Below, in pieces: positions 50,910-62,849 of a DNA stretch of 64,000 nucleotides. This DNA is from Malacoraja senta. Its lineage: Eukaryota. The position numbers were made by a program, and so were the translations under genes. The notes below the pieces were generated by a model. The model was given only the letters and a program-made list of their open reading frames with translations. It searched no databases and was not told the origin of the DNA. The DNA lies in the NCBI GenBank assembly GCA_038087875.1, contig CM075996.1:9054001-9118000 (forward strand), in the 5' to 3' direction. Position 1 is the first letter of the stretch, and each line of letters starts with the position of its first letter.

Positions 50910-51526
50910 CTTCCTCCCCCTGAAACCAGTCTCCCTTTCTCAACCAGCCTCAGCCCACACTTCCCTCAGCACCAGCCTGGGCGTACCTCTACCCTCACTG
51001 TTCACACCTCTCTCCATCCCCCTAACCCAAGCCCACTCACTCCCCACTCTCAACCTGCTCCGGCCCACACCTCCTCAGCCCCAGTCTACTCTTCCCGCCC
51101 CAGCCCACGCTTGCAGCCTCTCTCGGCTCACACCTCCCTCCCCACCCCTTCTTCCCCACTGCACACACCTCTCTCTCCTGCCCTCCCTTGCATCTCACCC
51201 CTGGCCCTGCCCTGGCCCACACCTCTCTCCCTCCACCTAATCCCACTCCCTCTTAACCTGCCCCAGCCCACTCACTCCCCACTCTCTCCTCCCCTTTTCA
51301 CACTTTCCCTCTGCCGTAGCCCACACCTCTCCCCCTCGCCACACACACGCCCCTCCCTCTCTACCTGCCCCCAGCCCAAACTTCTCCTCCAACCTGCACC
51401 CCACACATCCCTCCCTCCCCTTAGCTGAGTCCTCCCTCCCTGTCCCCACACCTTCGAATGCCTCCCACCTCTCCTGCCCCAGTGCGATGCCCACAGCTCT
51501 CACCTGAATCCGGTGGCCGGGCTCCT

Positions 51527-51642
51527 CTATGTTTGGTGAATTCCCTTCTTCCCATCAAAGAGTTTGAACTTCCGATGTTTTCGTTTACTGCTGCTGTATT
51601 TGCGGGCCCGGGCGATGGTGGGGGCTGGAGAGGCCAGGGATG
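51527..51642 (-). CDS. PDGFB: PDGF-B-like exon (equivalent to exon 6; basic retention motif and stop). The exon continues as UTR to a donor after 51504.
   Basis: tatcccttctcctcag| acceptor, phase 1. Reads ASLASPAPTIARARKYSSSKRKHRKFKLFDGKKGIHQT* (TAG at 51527-51529). KHRKFK matches the PDGF-B retention motif. A cag|gtgaga donor lies 23 nt after the stop. Confidence 0.92.
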
Positions 51643-52118
51643 CTGAGGAGAAGGGATACACATCAGGCTCCAAACCCACGGAGCACCCCCCCCACCAGGT
51701 GCGCAACCTACCCGAGTCACTCTCGGCAAGATCTTCCGCAAGTTAACCTGGGCGTCCCACTCTCCAGAATCCCACCGGCCAAAGCCCACACACCCACCGG
51801 TCAGACCCCAGACCACCCCCTGCCAGTTCCCCGACGCACACTGGGCACACCCCACACACACTAGCCAGACCACCCCGACACCAGGAGTAAAAGCCCAGAT
51901 ACCCAACCGCCCAAATCCTTAGTCATCCTAAGCCAGCTCAGAGGCCCATTGCCCAACTCCAAGATAAAACCAGCTGCCACCATCTAATGTGGGAAACCCA
52001 GGCGCACCCTGACCTCAGTAGGTGTCCATTGTTTGACCCAAAGGTAATCTAGAGCACCCATCCTCCACACCCACTGACCCCACCGGCTCCTTGGTAGCTG
52101 AGACCCAGTGTAAGCTAT

Positions 52119-52730
52119 TGGGCCTGTCCCACTTAGGCTACTTTTAGGCGACTGCCGGCAACTGTCATAGTCATAGCAGGTCGCTGAAAAAGGGCGACTG
52201 GACCCCCCCCCCCCCCCCCCCGACGTAAAATTTGAAATAGAATCATTACTTTAACAAAAAAAAACGAAGTCAGCACCTGGCGACAACCTACGTCACCCTG
52301 GTGACAACCTACATCACCCTGGCGACACCCTACGTCACCCTGGCGACAACCTACGTCACCCTGGCGACAACCTACGTCACCCTGGCGACAACCTACGTCA
52401 CCCTGGCGACAACCTACGTCACCCTGGCGACAACCTACATCACCCTGGCGACAACCTACATCACCCTGGCGACAACCTACGTCACCCTGGCGACAACCTA
52501 CGACAGCACCTACGTCAGGAGAAGTCAAGCTACGCTCATTGGCTTCAAGCCAACTGTCGCCGACTGTCACCAAAAAAGTTTTCGACATTTCAAAATCCAG
52601 CGGTGAGCAGAAAAATGCTTTGGCCGACTGAGGAGACGAGTCACGACCATACAGGCGACACCCCAGCGACCATGTGGCGACAACCTAGTCGCCTGTAGTC
52701 GCTTCAAAAATGGCCTAAGTGGGACAGGGG
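52119..52730. mobile_element. Harbinger-type MITE with an internal 21-bp tandem array
   Basis: TIR GGCCTGTCCCACTTAGGC / GCCTAAGTGGGACAGG. (GGCGACAACCTACGTCACCCT) x ~10.5 at 52279-52502. Confidence 0.85.
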
Positions 52731-52751
52731 CGTCAGATGTTGGATACTCAC

Positions 52752-52875
52752 CCTCTCTCTCCTGGGAGTCTGCATGCTGAGCCGCAGTCATGCACTTGCA
52801 CTCGACGTGATCGTGAAGGACTATCACTGCCGTCTTGGACACCATGCCCTTCCGCTTAAACACCTTCTTCACAAA
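52752..52875 (-). CDS. PDGFB: PDGF-B-like exon (equivalent to exon 5; C-terminal half of the cystine knot)
   Basis: tcttgccccacag| ... |gtgagt, 124 bp, phase 0/1. Reads FVKKVFKRKGMVSKTAVIVLHDHVECKCMTAAQHADSQERE, with the DHxxCKC motif of PDGF-B. Confidence 0.94.
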
Positions 52876-55800
52876 CTGTGGGGCAAGAGGGGCAACGTTG
52901 AGCCATAACCCACAGCAAGCCAACAGCCTCCAAAAGATGTGTGACCAACATCATCCCAAGAACATAGACACAAGGAACAGCAGATGCTCGTTTATTTTTA
53001 ACAAAAGAACAGAATGCTGGAGTAACTCAGCGGGTCAGGCAACATCTCCGGAGAACATGGGTAGGTGACATTTCAGGATCTAAAGAAGGGTCCCGACCCG
53101 AGACTTTGCCTATCCATGTTCTCAACAGATGCTGCCTGACTGCAGAGTTACTCCAGCACTTTGTGTCCTTAAAAAAAAAAAATCCTCCCAAGAGCCTTTG
53201 TCCGAAGGCCCTGAAAGCAAGGTGTTGCACTTTCTCCATGGATGCAGAGAGCCTGGAACTGTCCCGACACATTGCACGAAGCACGAAGCCTGCCACTCAC
53301 TCACGGTCCAGCCAGACTCTCGCCACTCGCCAGCAACCCTCTAATTGCGGAAAAATGCTCGGAATTTCCTGGACCAATATGACTGACCCCTGACCTGCGT
53401 TCCGATTTAGTACCGGTTATTTTTGCTTTGCTGTTTAGAGGGGCGAGGTGTGAAGAAGCCACAGAGACACAGCCTGGGTCACTATTCCCCGATGGTCAGT
53501 ATACATAAGGAGCAGGAGTGGGCCATTCGGCCCCTCGTGCCTGTGCCACCATTCAATGTGATCATGGCTGATCTGTTCCAGGCCTCATCTCTTCTCTGCC
53601 AATTGCCCATAGCTAGCTCACAGTTATTTAATCCACTTCCTCTTCAAGGCCCCTTAATGATGTAGCCTTCACAACACTCTGGGTTAGAGAACTTCAGAGA
53701 TTCATCACCCTCTGTGAAAAGAAATTCTTATACACCTCAGCTTTAAATGACTTGCCTGGGCCTCCTCCATGGCCAGAGTGAGGCCCAGCGCAAATTGGAG
53801 GAACGGCACCTCATATTTCGGTGGGGGGGAATTTACACCCCAACGATATGAACATTGACTTCACCAATTTCAGATATTCCTTGCTTTCTCCCTCCTTCCC
53901 CTCCACCTTCCCAGCTCTCCCACAAGCCTATTGTCTCCGCCTCTTCCTTTCTTCTTCTCGGCCCCCCCCCCCCACCCCCACATCAGTCTGAAGAAGGGTC
54001 TCGACCCGAAACGTCACCTATTCCTTCTCTCCATAGATGCTGCCTCACCCGCTGAGTTTCTCCAGCATTTTTGCCTGCCCTGTAACCATATCCTGTTTCA
54101 CTTTTCAAATTCCTTCATTATCACCACTTCCATGGGCAACAATGGACCATTGTGGGCTCCACCTTTCCTTGGTCGTCGATGCCGGGTCTGATTTGTTCTA
54201 TACCTTTTCATACCTCTATTTTCCCTCTCCCTTGACTCTCAGTCTGAACAAAGGTCTCAACCTGAAACGTCTCCTATTCCTTCTCTCCAGAGATGCTGCC
54301 TGATCCGCTGAGTTCCTCCAGCATTTTGTATCTATCTACCATATCCCTTAATTTGAGATAAGCCCACAAATGGAAACGTCTCAATGTTTACCTTGTCATG
54401 GCCCTTTTAGGATCTCGTAGTCATCCAAACTCCAAAGAATCTGCTTCTAATCTGATTGATTGATTGATTGGAAGATAGAAACATAAAAAATAGGTGCAGG
54501 AGGAGGCCATTCGGCCCTTCAAGCCAGCACCGCCATTCATTGTGATCATGGCTGATCTTCCCAAATCAATAACCCATGCCTGCCTTCTCCCCATATCCCT
54601 TGATTCCACTAGCCCCTAGAGCTCTATCTAACTCTCTCTTGAATCCATCCAGTATAGAAACATAGGGGATACAGCATAGAAACACGGCCTTTGACCCATC
54701 GGGCCAATGCCGACCATCGATCACCCGTCCACACTGGTTCTACCTTACCACTCCCGGCATCCATTCTCTACACACTAGGGGGCAATTTACAGAGAACCTA
54801 CAAAGTTGCCGTCTTTACGATGTGGGCGGAAACCCGAGCACCAGGAGAAAACCCACACGGTCACAAGGAAACGTGCAAGCTCCACACAGAAGTGGAGGAA
54901 GGAAAAAAATGAAGAGCAGCGGGGTTAAGCAAAACAGTGGGCCAGGTGCTACACTGACAGCTGAGGGCAAAGCTACGCCACTGATGCTTCTCCACGCCCT
55001 TAATGTTGACAATCCAGTTTCAGGATCAAGCCCAGATTCAGGATCAAACCGGGGTCTCTGGCTCTGTGAGGAAGCGGTTTCTTTCAGTCGTGCCCCCCCA
55101 CCCCCATAATTTCTTTAGCCACTTTTGATAGGAAACTCTCTCTCAGCCTGGGAATTAGCCCGTCAATCTCTGACTGGCCTCCAATGCCAGTATATCCTTT
55201 CTTAAGTAAGAGAACCAAAACTGTGTACAGTACTCCAGGTGTGACCACCAGTATCCTGTACAATTGTGACAACACTTCCCCTAGTTCTAAATTTAAATCT
55301 TTACTAGACCAAGTGCAGGTCTGTTCCCCCAACACGTGGTTGTGGGGGGGGGGGGGGGTCTACATTTAAATCTTGATGTAATAGTCCTAGACCTCTCTAT
55401 CCATTGTTCATCTGCAACCTCTCTCCACTCAGATAATAGTCTGTGTGCTTCGATTCCTCTTATCTCACTGTTTTCTGTATTAAACCTGATTTGCAGAGTT
55501 CTCGCCCACTTAATCAACTGATCAATAGCCAGTTGCAGGGATGGAATGTCTTCACCACAACACGCCCTCCTGACTATTTCCGTGCCATTGGCAAATGTAG
55601 TTCCCTAACATTTTGCCTCTTCATTACAGGTCATTAATGCAGACAGTGTAAAGTCAGGACTTAATCCGTGAGGCACTCCACTAGTTACTTCTTTCCAGCC
55701 TAAAAACCACACATTTATTCTGACTCTGTCCTCTATGTGATAACCAGTCAATCTTGGTTCTTGGTTTCCTGGTCCTCCAAAATATTCCAAATGGAATTTA

Positions 55801-56374
55801 AACTGGAGGTGGTGGAGGGAGGACTTAAGCCAGAAAGGGTTTTTGGGAAGAAAGAGCGACCTTAAATTTAATTGCATCTGGTTAGGGTAACTATGGTAGG
55901 GTGAAGATTATTCCACCGCGGGACTGGTGGACGGTAACATCGGGAGCCCGCGGGTCCATGGTGGGAGACCGCTTTTCGGAGCTCCCGCAACGGCAGCTAC
56001 TCCCGCCCGAGTTGCGGGGTTGAAGATGACCTGGAGCGGGGTCTGGCATCGCCCGGCGCGGCATTGGTGGCCGTGAGACTTGCTGGCGCTACCGGGGGCT
56101 ACAACATCAAGACCCGGAGCGGGGTCTGGCATCGCTCGGCGCGGCTTTGGTGGCCGCGGGATATGTTTACAGTCGCCCGCCGGGGGCTTTGACTTTGACA
56201 TCGGGAGGAGAATGGAGTGCAGGGGAGAGATAAGACTTTGCCTTCCATCACAGTGAGGAGGAGACTCACTGTGATGGATGTTTGTGTAAATTGTGTTGTG
56301 TCTTTTTTGATTGTTTGTATGACTGCAGAAACGGAATTTCGTTTGAACTTAGGTTCAAACGACAACAAATAAAT

Positions 56375-56790
56375 ATCTAATCTAATCTAATCTTTAATTG
56401 TGCGGGGGAAGAATGAATTGCTGTACACATCTGTCTTGCTGTACACATCTGTCTTGGTAGCTGGAATCACAAATTGGATCGAATGCCCTCGTCTGCTCCT
56501 AGTTGGTTTGGGTTTGGTGTAGGTCTTGTAATCTATGTCGAGCTGGCCATTTAACATTTTGTAAAAACAGGTCAAACGGTGAGCTTCACGTCTGTCTTGG
56601 AGAGGGTTCCTTCCACCCCAGAGAATTCAGAAGTTTGGTAACACTCGCTTCTCTCTCATAGGTGTTAGTAACAAATCGAGCTGCCTGTCTTTGGACACGT
56701 TCGATGGAAGAAATGTTTTTGTTTGTGTATGGGTCCCATGCTGCAACTGCGTAGTCCAAATGAGGTCTAACGAGGGTGAAGTATAGCTTC
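56375..56790 (-). mobile_element. Divergent CR1-group LINE 3' fragment (unlike the HER1/CR1 copies)
   Basis: KLYFTLVRPHLDYAVAAWDPYTNKNISSIERVQRQAARFV...SVTKLLNSLGW...LTCFYKMLNG...NSFFPRTIKD. Confidence 0.8.
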
Positions 56791-58269
56791 ACCCTCGTTA
56801 TCATTCCCAATACCATGAGCTTTTATCTTTTATCAATCGCTTTTTAGCTTTTATCATTCCCAATACCATGAGTTTACCTCTCCTGTGATATCCTGCCAAA
56901 TCCCTCTGAAAATTCATATACATATATCTGCAGGTTCTCCTCTGTCGACCATGACATAACCATATAACCATATAACCATAACAGCACGGAAACAGGCCAT
57001 CTCGGCCCTTCAAGTCCGTGCCGAACATCCGTGAAGAACTCCCGCAAATTTGTCAAATTGGATTTAACTTTCAAAAAGCCACGTTGTCTTTGCATTAAGC
57101 TTCCTTAAATGACTGTTTCTTCCTTGATTACCAACTACAGCGTTCTGCCAACAGATGTTCATCTAACAAGCCTATCGTGACCCGCTTATTAACTCCTTTC
57201 CTTGAACACAGGAGACACATTGAGGGTTTTCCACAGGATGTCTCCCGTAACCAGGAGGCTTCCGGGAGGCACAGTGGCGCAGCGGTAGAGCTGCTGCTGC
57301 CTTACAGTGCCAAAGACCCGGGTTCAATTCTGACGACGGAGTTTGTACGTTTTCCCCGTGACCGCGTGGGTTTTCTCCGGGTGTTCCAGTTTCTCTCCCA
57401 CATTCTAGAGTTGTGCAGGTTTATAGGTTAGTTGGGTTCTATAAATTGTAGGATAGGACTGGTGGACGGGGTAATCGCTGTTCGACATGGACTCGCTGGG
57501 CCGAAGTGCCTGTTCCAGCACTGTATCTCTAAACTAAACCAGAAGTATCTATGGGTCTACTCTCTCTGCAGCTGCTTCCTTTAAAACCCTTGGGTGTGGG
57601 ATTTGGGGTTCTGGTAACTTGTCTGCCTTTAGACCTGGAGTAACTCAGCTGGAGTAACTCAGCAGGTGGGGCAGCATTTCTGGAGAACATGGATAGGTGA
57701 CGTATCAGGTCGGGAAAAGACTGAAGCGTCTCGACCCGAAATGGAACCTATCCATGTTCTCCAGAGATGCTGCCTCTCCTGCTGAGTTACTCCAGCCCTT
57801 TGTGTCTTTTTTTTTGTAAACCAGCATCTGCTGTTCCAGGTCTCTACATTCTGCCACCAAGGCCTTGGTTTTAGCGACACCTTGTCCCTCATCATTGGGA
57901 TTGGTGCAAGTTCTCCCATTCCATCGGAAAGCTGTGGGACATTGGTAGAGTCCTTGATGCAAAATATTGATTGGCCTTACTTGCCACTTCACATCTGGTG
58001 GTAGGGCTCTCAATACCTCCAGCCTTACAGCCGCCCACACTGAGACCCTTGCCCCGTTCACTATCACCACCCAGCCATGCCCCCAACATTGTGCCAGGGA
58101 CATCGCGCGCCCATCTCTCATCCCCGATCCAATAGCCCAGCAACACCCCCGATTCCATGTGAGGGTCACCCATCACCCCTGTCAAGATGGACAACCACAG
58201 ACCAATCTCTCCCCAGCTCCAGGCACCCAAAACTTGCAGCAGCACCATTAATCTCAACGTCTTGTCTTT

Positions 58270-58620
58270 CAGTTCGTAGGTTCTAGGAGCAGAATTAGGC
58301 CATTCGGCCCTTCAGGTCTACTCTGCCATTGAATCATGGCCGACCTGTCTTTCCCTCTCGACCCCAATTCTCCTGCCTTCTCCCCATAACCCCTGACACC
58401 CTTACCAATCAAAAATCTGTCAATCTCGGCTTTAAAAATATCCATTGACTTGGCCTCCACAGCTGTCTGTGGCAAAGAATTCCACAGATTCACCACCCTC
58501 TGATGAAAGAAATTCCTCCTCATCTCTTTTCTAAAGGTCCGTCCTTTTATTCTGAGGCCGTGGCCTCTGGTCTTAGGCCCTCCCACTAGTGGCAACAACC
58601 TCTCCACATCCACTCTATAG
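58270..58620 (-). mobile_element. CR1 LINE 3' fragment
   Basis: RVDVERLLPLVGGPKTRGHGL...FFHQRVVNLWNSLP. Confidence 0.88.
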
Positions 58621-58743
58621 CCCCTGATGCACTGACCCCTGGCTTCCAATTCCCTCAAACCTCGAAGCCCCCCGCCACCAGGGCACCCCCACCCTCCACA
58701 CGATTCTCCCTCCCCCTCCTTCGCCCCCCCAGCCAGTGCTCAC

Positions 58744-58937
58744 CCGCACTCGCCGCTCCTGAACCTTGGTGGGTTGGCACTTGTGGTTCTTGATGGTGCA
58801 GCATCCCGAGCAGCGCTGGACCTCCACGCAGCTCGGCCACAGGTAGAAGTTGGCCTTGGTGGGATCCACCATGCTTCGCGTGATCTCCAGCACCTCCGGC
58901 CGCACCTTGCACCGGGCTGGCTTTGCAACCTCCACCA
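58744..58937 (-). CDS. PDGFB: PDGF-B-like exon (equivalent to exon 4; N-terminal half of the cystine knot)
   Basis: ttcctcttccag| ... |gtgagc, 194 bp, phase 1/0. Reads VVEVAKPARCKVRPEVLEITRSMVDPTKANFYLWPSCVEVQRCSGCCTIKNHKCQPTKVQERRVR, matching the PDGF signature PxCVxVxRCxGCC. Confidence 0.96.
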
Positions 58938-59529
58938 CTGGAAGAGGAACAGAGCGGTTCACCATGAGAGCGGGCCCACAAGGCAACGCCAATCCCCACC
59001 CCTCGCTCGCCCGAACCAGGGCACACAAGGCCTCCCGCTGCCTCAGAGACCACCAAGGCAATGGGGGGCGTGGGGCTTCACACACATCGACAGACCCAGC
59101 TGGACACCAGCTCATAGAACATAGTACAGCACAGCAACAGGCCCTTCAGCCCACAATGTCTGTTCTGAACACAATGCCAAGCGAAACTAATCTCCTCTGC
59201 ACATGATCCATATCCCTCCATTCCCTGCATATCCATGTGCCTATCTAAAAGCCTCTTAAACAGCGCCTTCGCATCTACCTCCACCACCACCCCTGGCAGC
59301 GCGTTCCAGGCACCCACCAGTGTTTAACAAATATGCCCCGCACACCTCCTTTAAACATTGCCCCTCTAACCTCAACACATCAGGAATTCCCTCAGAGTAT
59401 CTTCCTCATATATAAGATATATACAGTCTGAAGAAGGGTTTCGGCCCGAAACGTTGCCTATTTCCTACGCTCCATAGATGCTGCTGCACCCGCTGAGTTT
59501 CTCCAGCATTTTTGTGTACCTAAGATATA

Positions 59530-59892
59530 TATAAGATTGTTAAGGGTTTGGACACGCTAGAGGCAGGAAACATGTCCCCGATGTTGGGGGAGTCCAGAAC
59601 CAGGGGCCACAGTTTAAGAATAAAGGGTAAGCCATTTAGAACGGAGACGAGGAAACACTTTTTCTCACAGAGAGTTGTCTGTGGAATTCTCTGCCTCAGA
59701 GGGAAGTGGAGGCAGGTTCTCTGGATACTTTCAAGAGAGAGCTAGATAGGGCTCTTAAAGATAGTGGAGCAAGGGGATATGGGGAGAAGTCAGGAACGGG
59801 GTACTGATTGAGGATGATAAGCCATTGAATGGCGATGCTGGCTCGAAGGGCCGAATGGCCTACTCCTGCACCTATTGTCTATTGCCTATTGT
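59530..59892 (+). mobile_element. CR1 LINE 3' fragment
   Basis: LDTLEAGNM..ESRTRGHSLRI and a tattgtc tail. Confidence 0.9.
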
Positions 59893-60609
59893 CAGTCTAC
59901 CTCTCGATGACCTCACTCCCCTCTAACCTCACAACTAATACCCCTAAGATCCTCTTTCATTAACCCTCCAACCCCAGCCTAGAGTCTGTAAAGGTGAAGT
60001 CGTAGGATCCCTGGGCTTCAGGTTGAGTCATAGAGTCACACAGCATGGAAACAGGCCCTTCGGCCCAACTGGTCTATGCTGACCAAGATGCCCCATCTAA
60101 GCTGGTCCCATTTGCCTGTATTTGGTCGAGGTTTCACCAGGGTGGCACTGATGAACCAGGGTTTGAGGGTCGACAGGAGGGGGCTGGGCAGGGGGAGGAG
60201 AGAGCTTTACTGATCAGGGGACAAGTGGGGCAGGGTTGGGATTGAAATGTGGAACGGAGTGCTTTAAATTGCACTCTTTGGAGACTGGGTGGACACGAGA
60301 ATGGCTAATGCAGGAAGGAACTGCAGATGCCGGTCTAAACCGAAGATAGACACATAAAGCTGGCATCATCTCTGGAGAGAAGGAATGGGCGACGTTTATG
60401 GGTCTGAAAAGGGTCTTGACCCAAAAACACCACCCAATCCTCTCCCCAGAGATGCTGCCTGTCCCGCTGAGTTACTCCAGCTTTTTTGTGTCTACCTTCC
60501 GATAATGGCGGTTCACGGACTGATAGCTGGAATGATCCAGAGACCCAGAACACGAGACCAAGTCCCACCCTGGAAGCTGGTGGAAGGGGGGGGGGGGGGG
60601 TTCAATTTC

Positions 60610-60913
60610 CATAATTTAAAAACATCTAGAGTAAAAAAGGTTGTGAATTAGGTCGTGAAAGTGGGACAGGCCCTTAAAGGGCCCTTAATGGGCCTGGCCC
60701 ACTTTCACGACCAAATTCACAACCTTTTTTACTCCTGGACATTTTTCATCAGGCTAGAAAAACGCCCCGACCTACTTGATGCCACGAGTACCTACGACCA
60801 GCATCACGGCCTGCTACGACCTCCTACGACCTCGTGACGACCATGCAGCGAGAATGGGTCAAGGTCAAACTCGGCAGAGGTCATGAATTAGGTCGTGAAA
60901 GTGGGACAGGCTC
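60610..60913. mobile_element. Two adjacent Harbinger-type MITEs (partial and complete), same family as 3145-3383
   Basis: gtgaaagtgggacaggccct ends at ~60674 and ~60913. Left TIR tgggcctggcccactttcac at ~60689. Confidence 0.8.
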
Positions 60914-61151
60914 TTTACAGCCTGTCTCAGTACCAACAGATTATTGGTGTAACAGCAGTGTGGCTCTTCCTTGAGGTGTGTCCTTGAGGTACGGAATCTG
61001 TGGTCTTTGGCCAATACCTAACTTTACGCCCATCAACATGGTTGACGTTGGTCCACTTTGTCCTTTAGGGGGATTAGGGATGTACACCAAATGCTGCCAT
61101 TGCACACTCAATGAAACCAGGGGCGGGAGTGGTTGGAAACGGATCGATACG

Positions 61152-61582
61152 GCTTGTACACTCTGGAATTTAGAAGGATGAGAGGGGATCTATTGAAACA
61201 TATAAGATTATTAAGGGTTTGGACACGCTAGAGGCAGGAAAGTTGTTCCCGATGTTGGGGGAGTCCGTCCAGAACCAGGGCCCACAGTTTAAGAATAAGG
61301 AGTGAGCCATTTAGAACGGAGACAAGGAAACACTTTTTCCACACAGAGAGTTGTGAGTCGGTGGAATTCTCTGCCTCAGAGGGCGGTGGAGGCCGGTTCT
61401 CTGGATACTTTCAAGAGAGAGTTAGATAGGGCTCGTGAAGATAGCGGAATCAGGGGATATGGGGAGAAGGCAGGAACGGGGTACTGATTGGGGATGATCA
61501 GCCATGATCACATTGAATGACGGTGCTGGCTTGAAGGGCCGAATGGCCTACTCCTGCACCTGTTGTCTATTGTCTATTGTCT
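61152..61582 (+). mobile_element. CR1 LINE 3' fragment
   Basis: Same subfamily as 13470-13985. Confidence 0.9.
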
Positions 61583-62759
61583 AAGATCAGTCAGCCACCA
61601 GCAGCTCTGTCCACAGGCCACGGTTTACTAATTTCCCCCGTTCTTGCAAATCCAAATGCCCCTCCCTCCCTCCCTCCCTCATGAGTGTCACCTCCACCAC
61701 ACCCAACGCTCCAAAATCTCCAGGTTCCTCCCTCCTGCTTCACCACTAGTGGCCGAGCCTTCAGATACCAACGCCCTGATCACAGGCCTTCCCTCCCTGG
61801 ATATCTTCCACCTTGCAACCCGAGCCTTGTTGACCTCACTCCCCTCTGATCCCGACTACTAACACCATAGCACTAACCTGCTCTCCCTCACCAGTAAGTT
61901 ATATACCTCTCCCACCAGTCACTACTCCCACCAGCTGGGCAGAGCCAAACAAAGTAAGTAGACATGAGATTCCTGTTGTTAGAGATACATAAAACCATGG
62001 AGGGGGAGGAATAGATTGGGTGAACGCGCAGAGTCTTTTACCTAGGGCCAGAGAATCAAGAACAAGAGGACACAGGTTCCAGGTGAGAGGGAAAGATTTA
62101 ATACCAACCTGGGGGGCAACGTTTTCACTCAGAGAGTGGTGGGTGCATGGAACAAGTTGCCAGAGGATAGACACAAAGTGTTGGAGTAACTCAACGGGTC
62201 AGGCAGCATCTCTGGGAAACAGGCATAGGTGACGTTTCATATCGAGACAGACAAAAAATGCTGGAGAAACTCAGCGGTTGAGGCAGCATCTATGGAGCGA
62301 AGGAAATAGGTGACGTTTCGGGTCGAGACCCTTCTTCGGACTCCTTTCATATCGAGACGACGGTCTCGATATGAAAGGACTCCTTTCATATCATGAAGGA
62401 CGGTCTCGACCCGAAACGTCACCTATTCCTGTTCCCCAGAGATGGTGCCTGACCCGCTGAGTTACTCCAGCACTTTGTGTCTTCCATCAGCGTAAGCCAG
62501 CGTCTGCAGTTCCTTCCTGCACATTCGAGCTGCCAGAGGAGGCAGTTGAGGAAGATACCATAGCAGCATTTAAAAGACACTCGGGGAGCGTACTTGGATG
62601 GTAAGGTTTTGGAGGGAAATATATACGGGCAAAATACAGGCACGTGGGACATGCTTAGATGGGGCATTCCGGTCAGCATGGACGCGATGGGCCGAAGGGC
62701 CTGTTTCCGTGCTGTGTGACTCTACAAGCTCACCGTGCGGATACAGAAGCTTCCCTCAC

Positions 62760-62849
62760 CTGTACTGCGAGTCACACGTGGGGCGTGTCCGTGGGCCCCC
62801 TCGTTCATCGACAACAAGCCAAGCTCATTGGGATCGGTGCCATTCCTGT
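62760..62849 (-). CDS. PDGFB: PDGF-B-like exon (equivalent to exon 3; end of propeptide)
   Basis: Minus strand gtgtgtttggtttcag| ... |gtgagg, 90 bp, phase 1/1. Reads (x)RNGTDPNELGLLSMNEGAHGHAPRVTRST, with an R-x-x-R furin site and an NGT sequon. Splices in frame to 58937. Confidence 0.85.

Noticed and set aside
51421..51906. 161-aa minus-strand ORF overlapping the retention-motif exon
   Set aside because: Wrong frame. The splice phase dictates the KRKHRKFK frame.
52133..52606. CRQGDVG / TLATTYV repeat ORFs and a CRISPR-like appearance
   Set aside because: A tandem 21-mer inside a MITE with no unique spacers, in a eukaryotic context.
58615..59115. 166-aa ORF as a complete PDGF protein
   Set aside because: Only 58744-58937 is exonic. 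The flanks are intron read-through beyond clear AG/GT sites.
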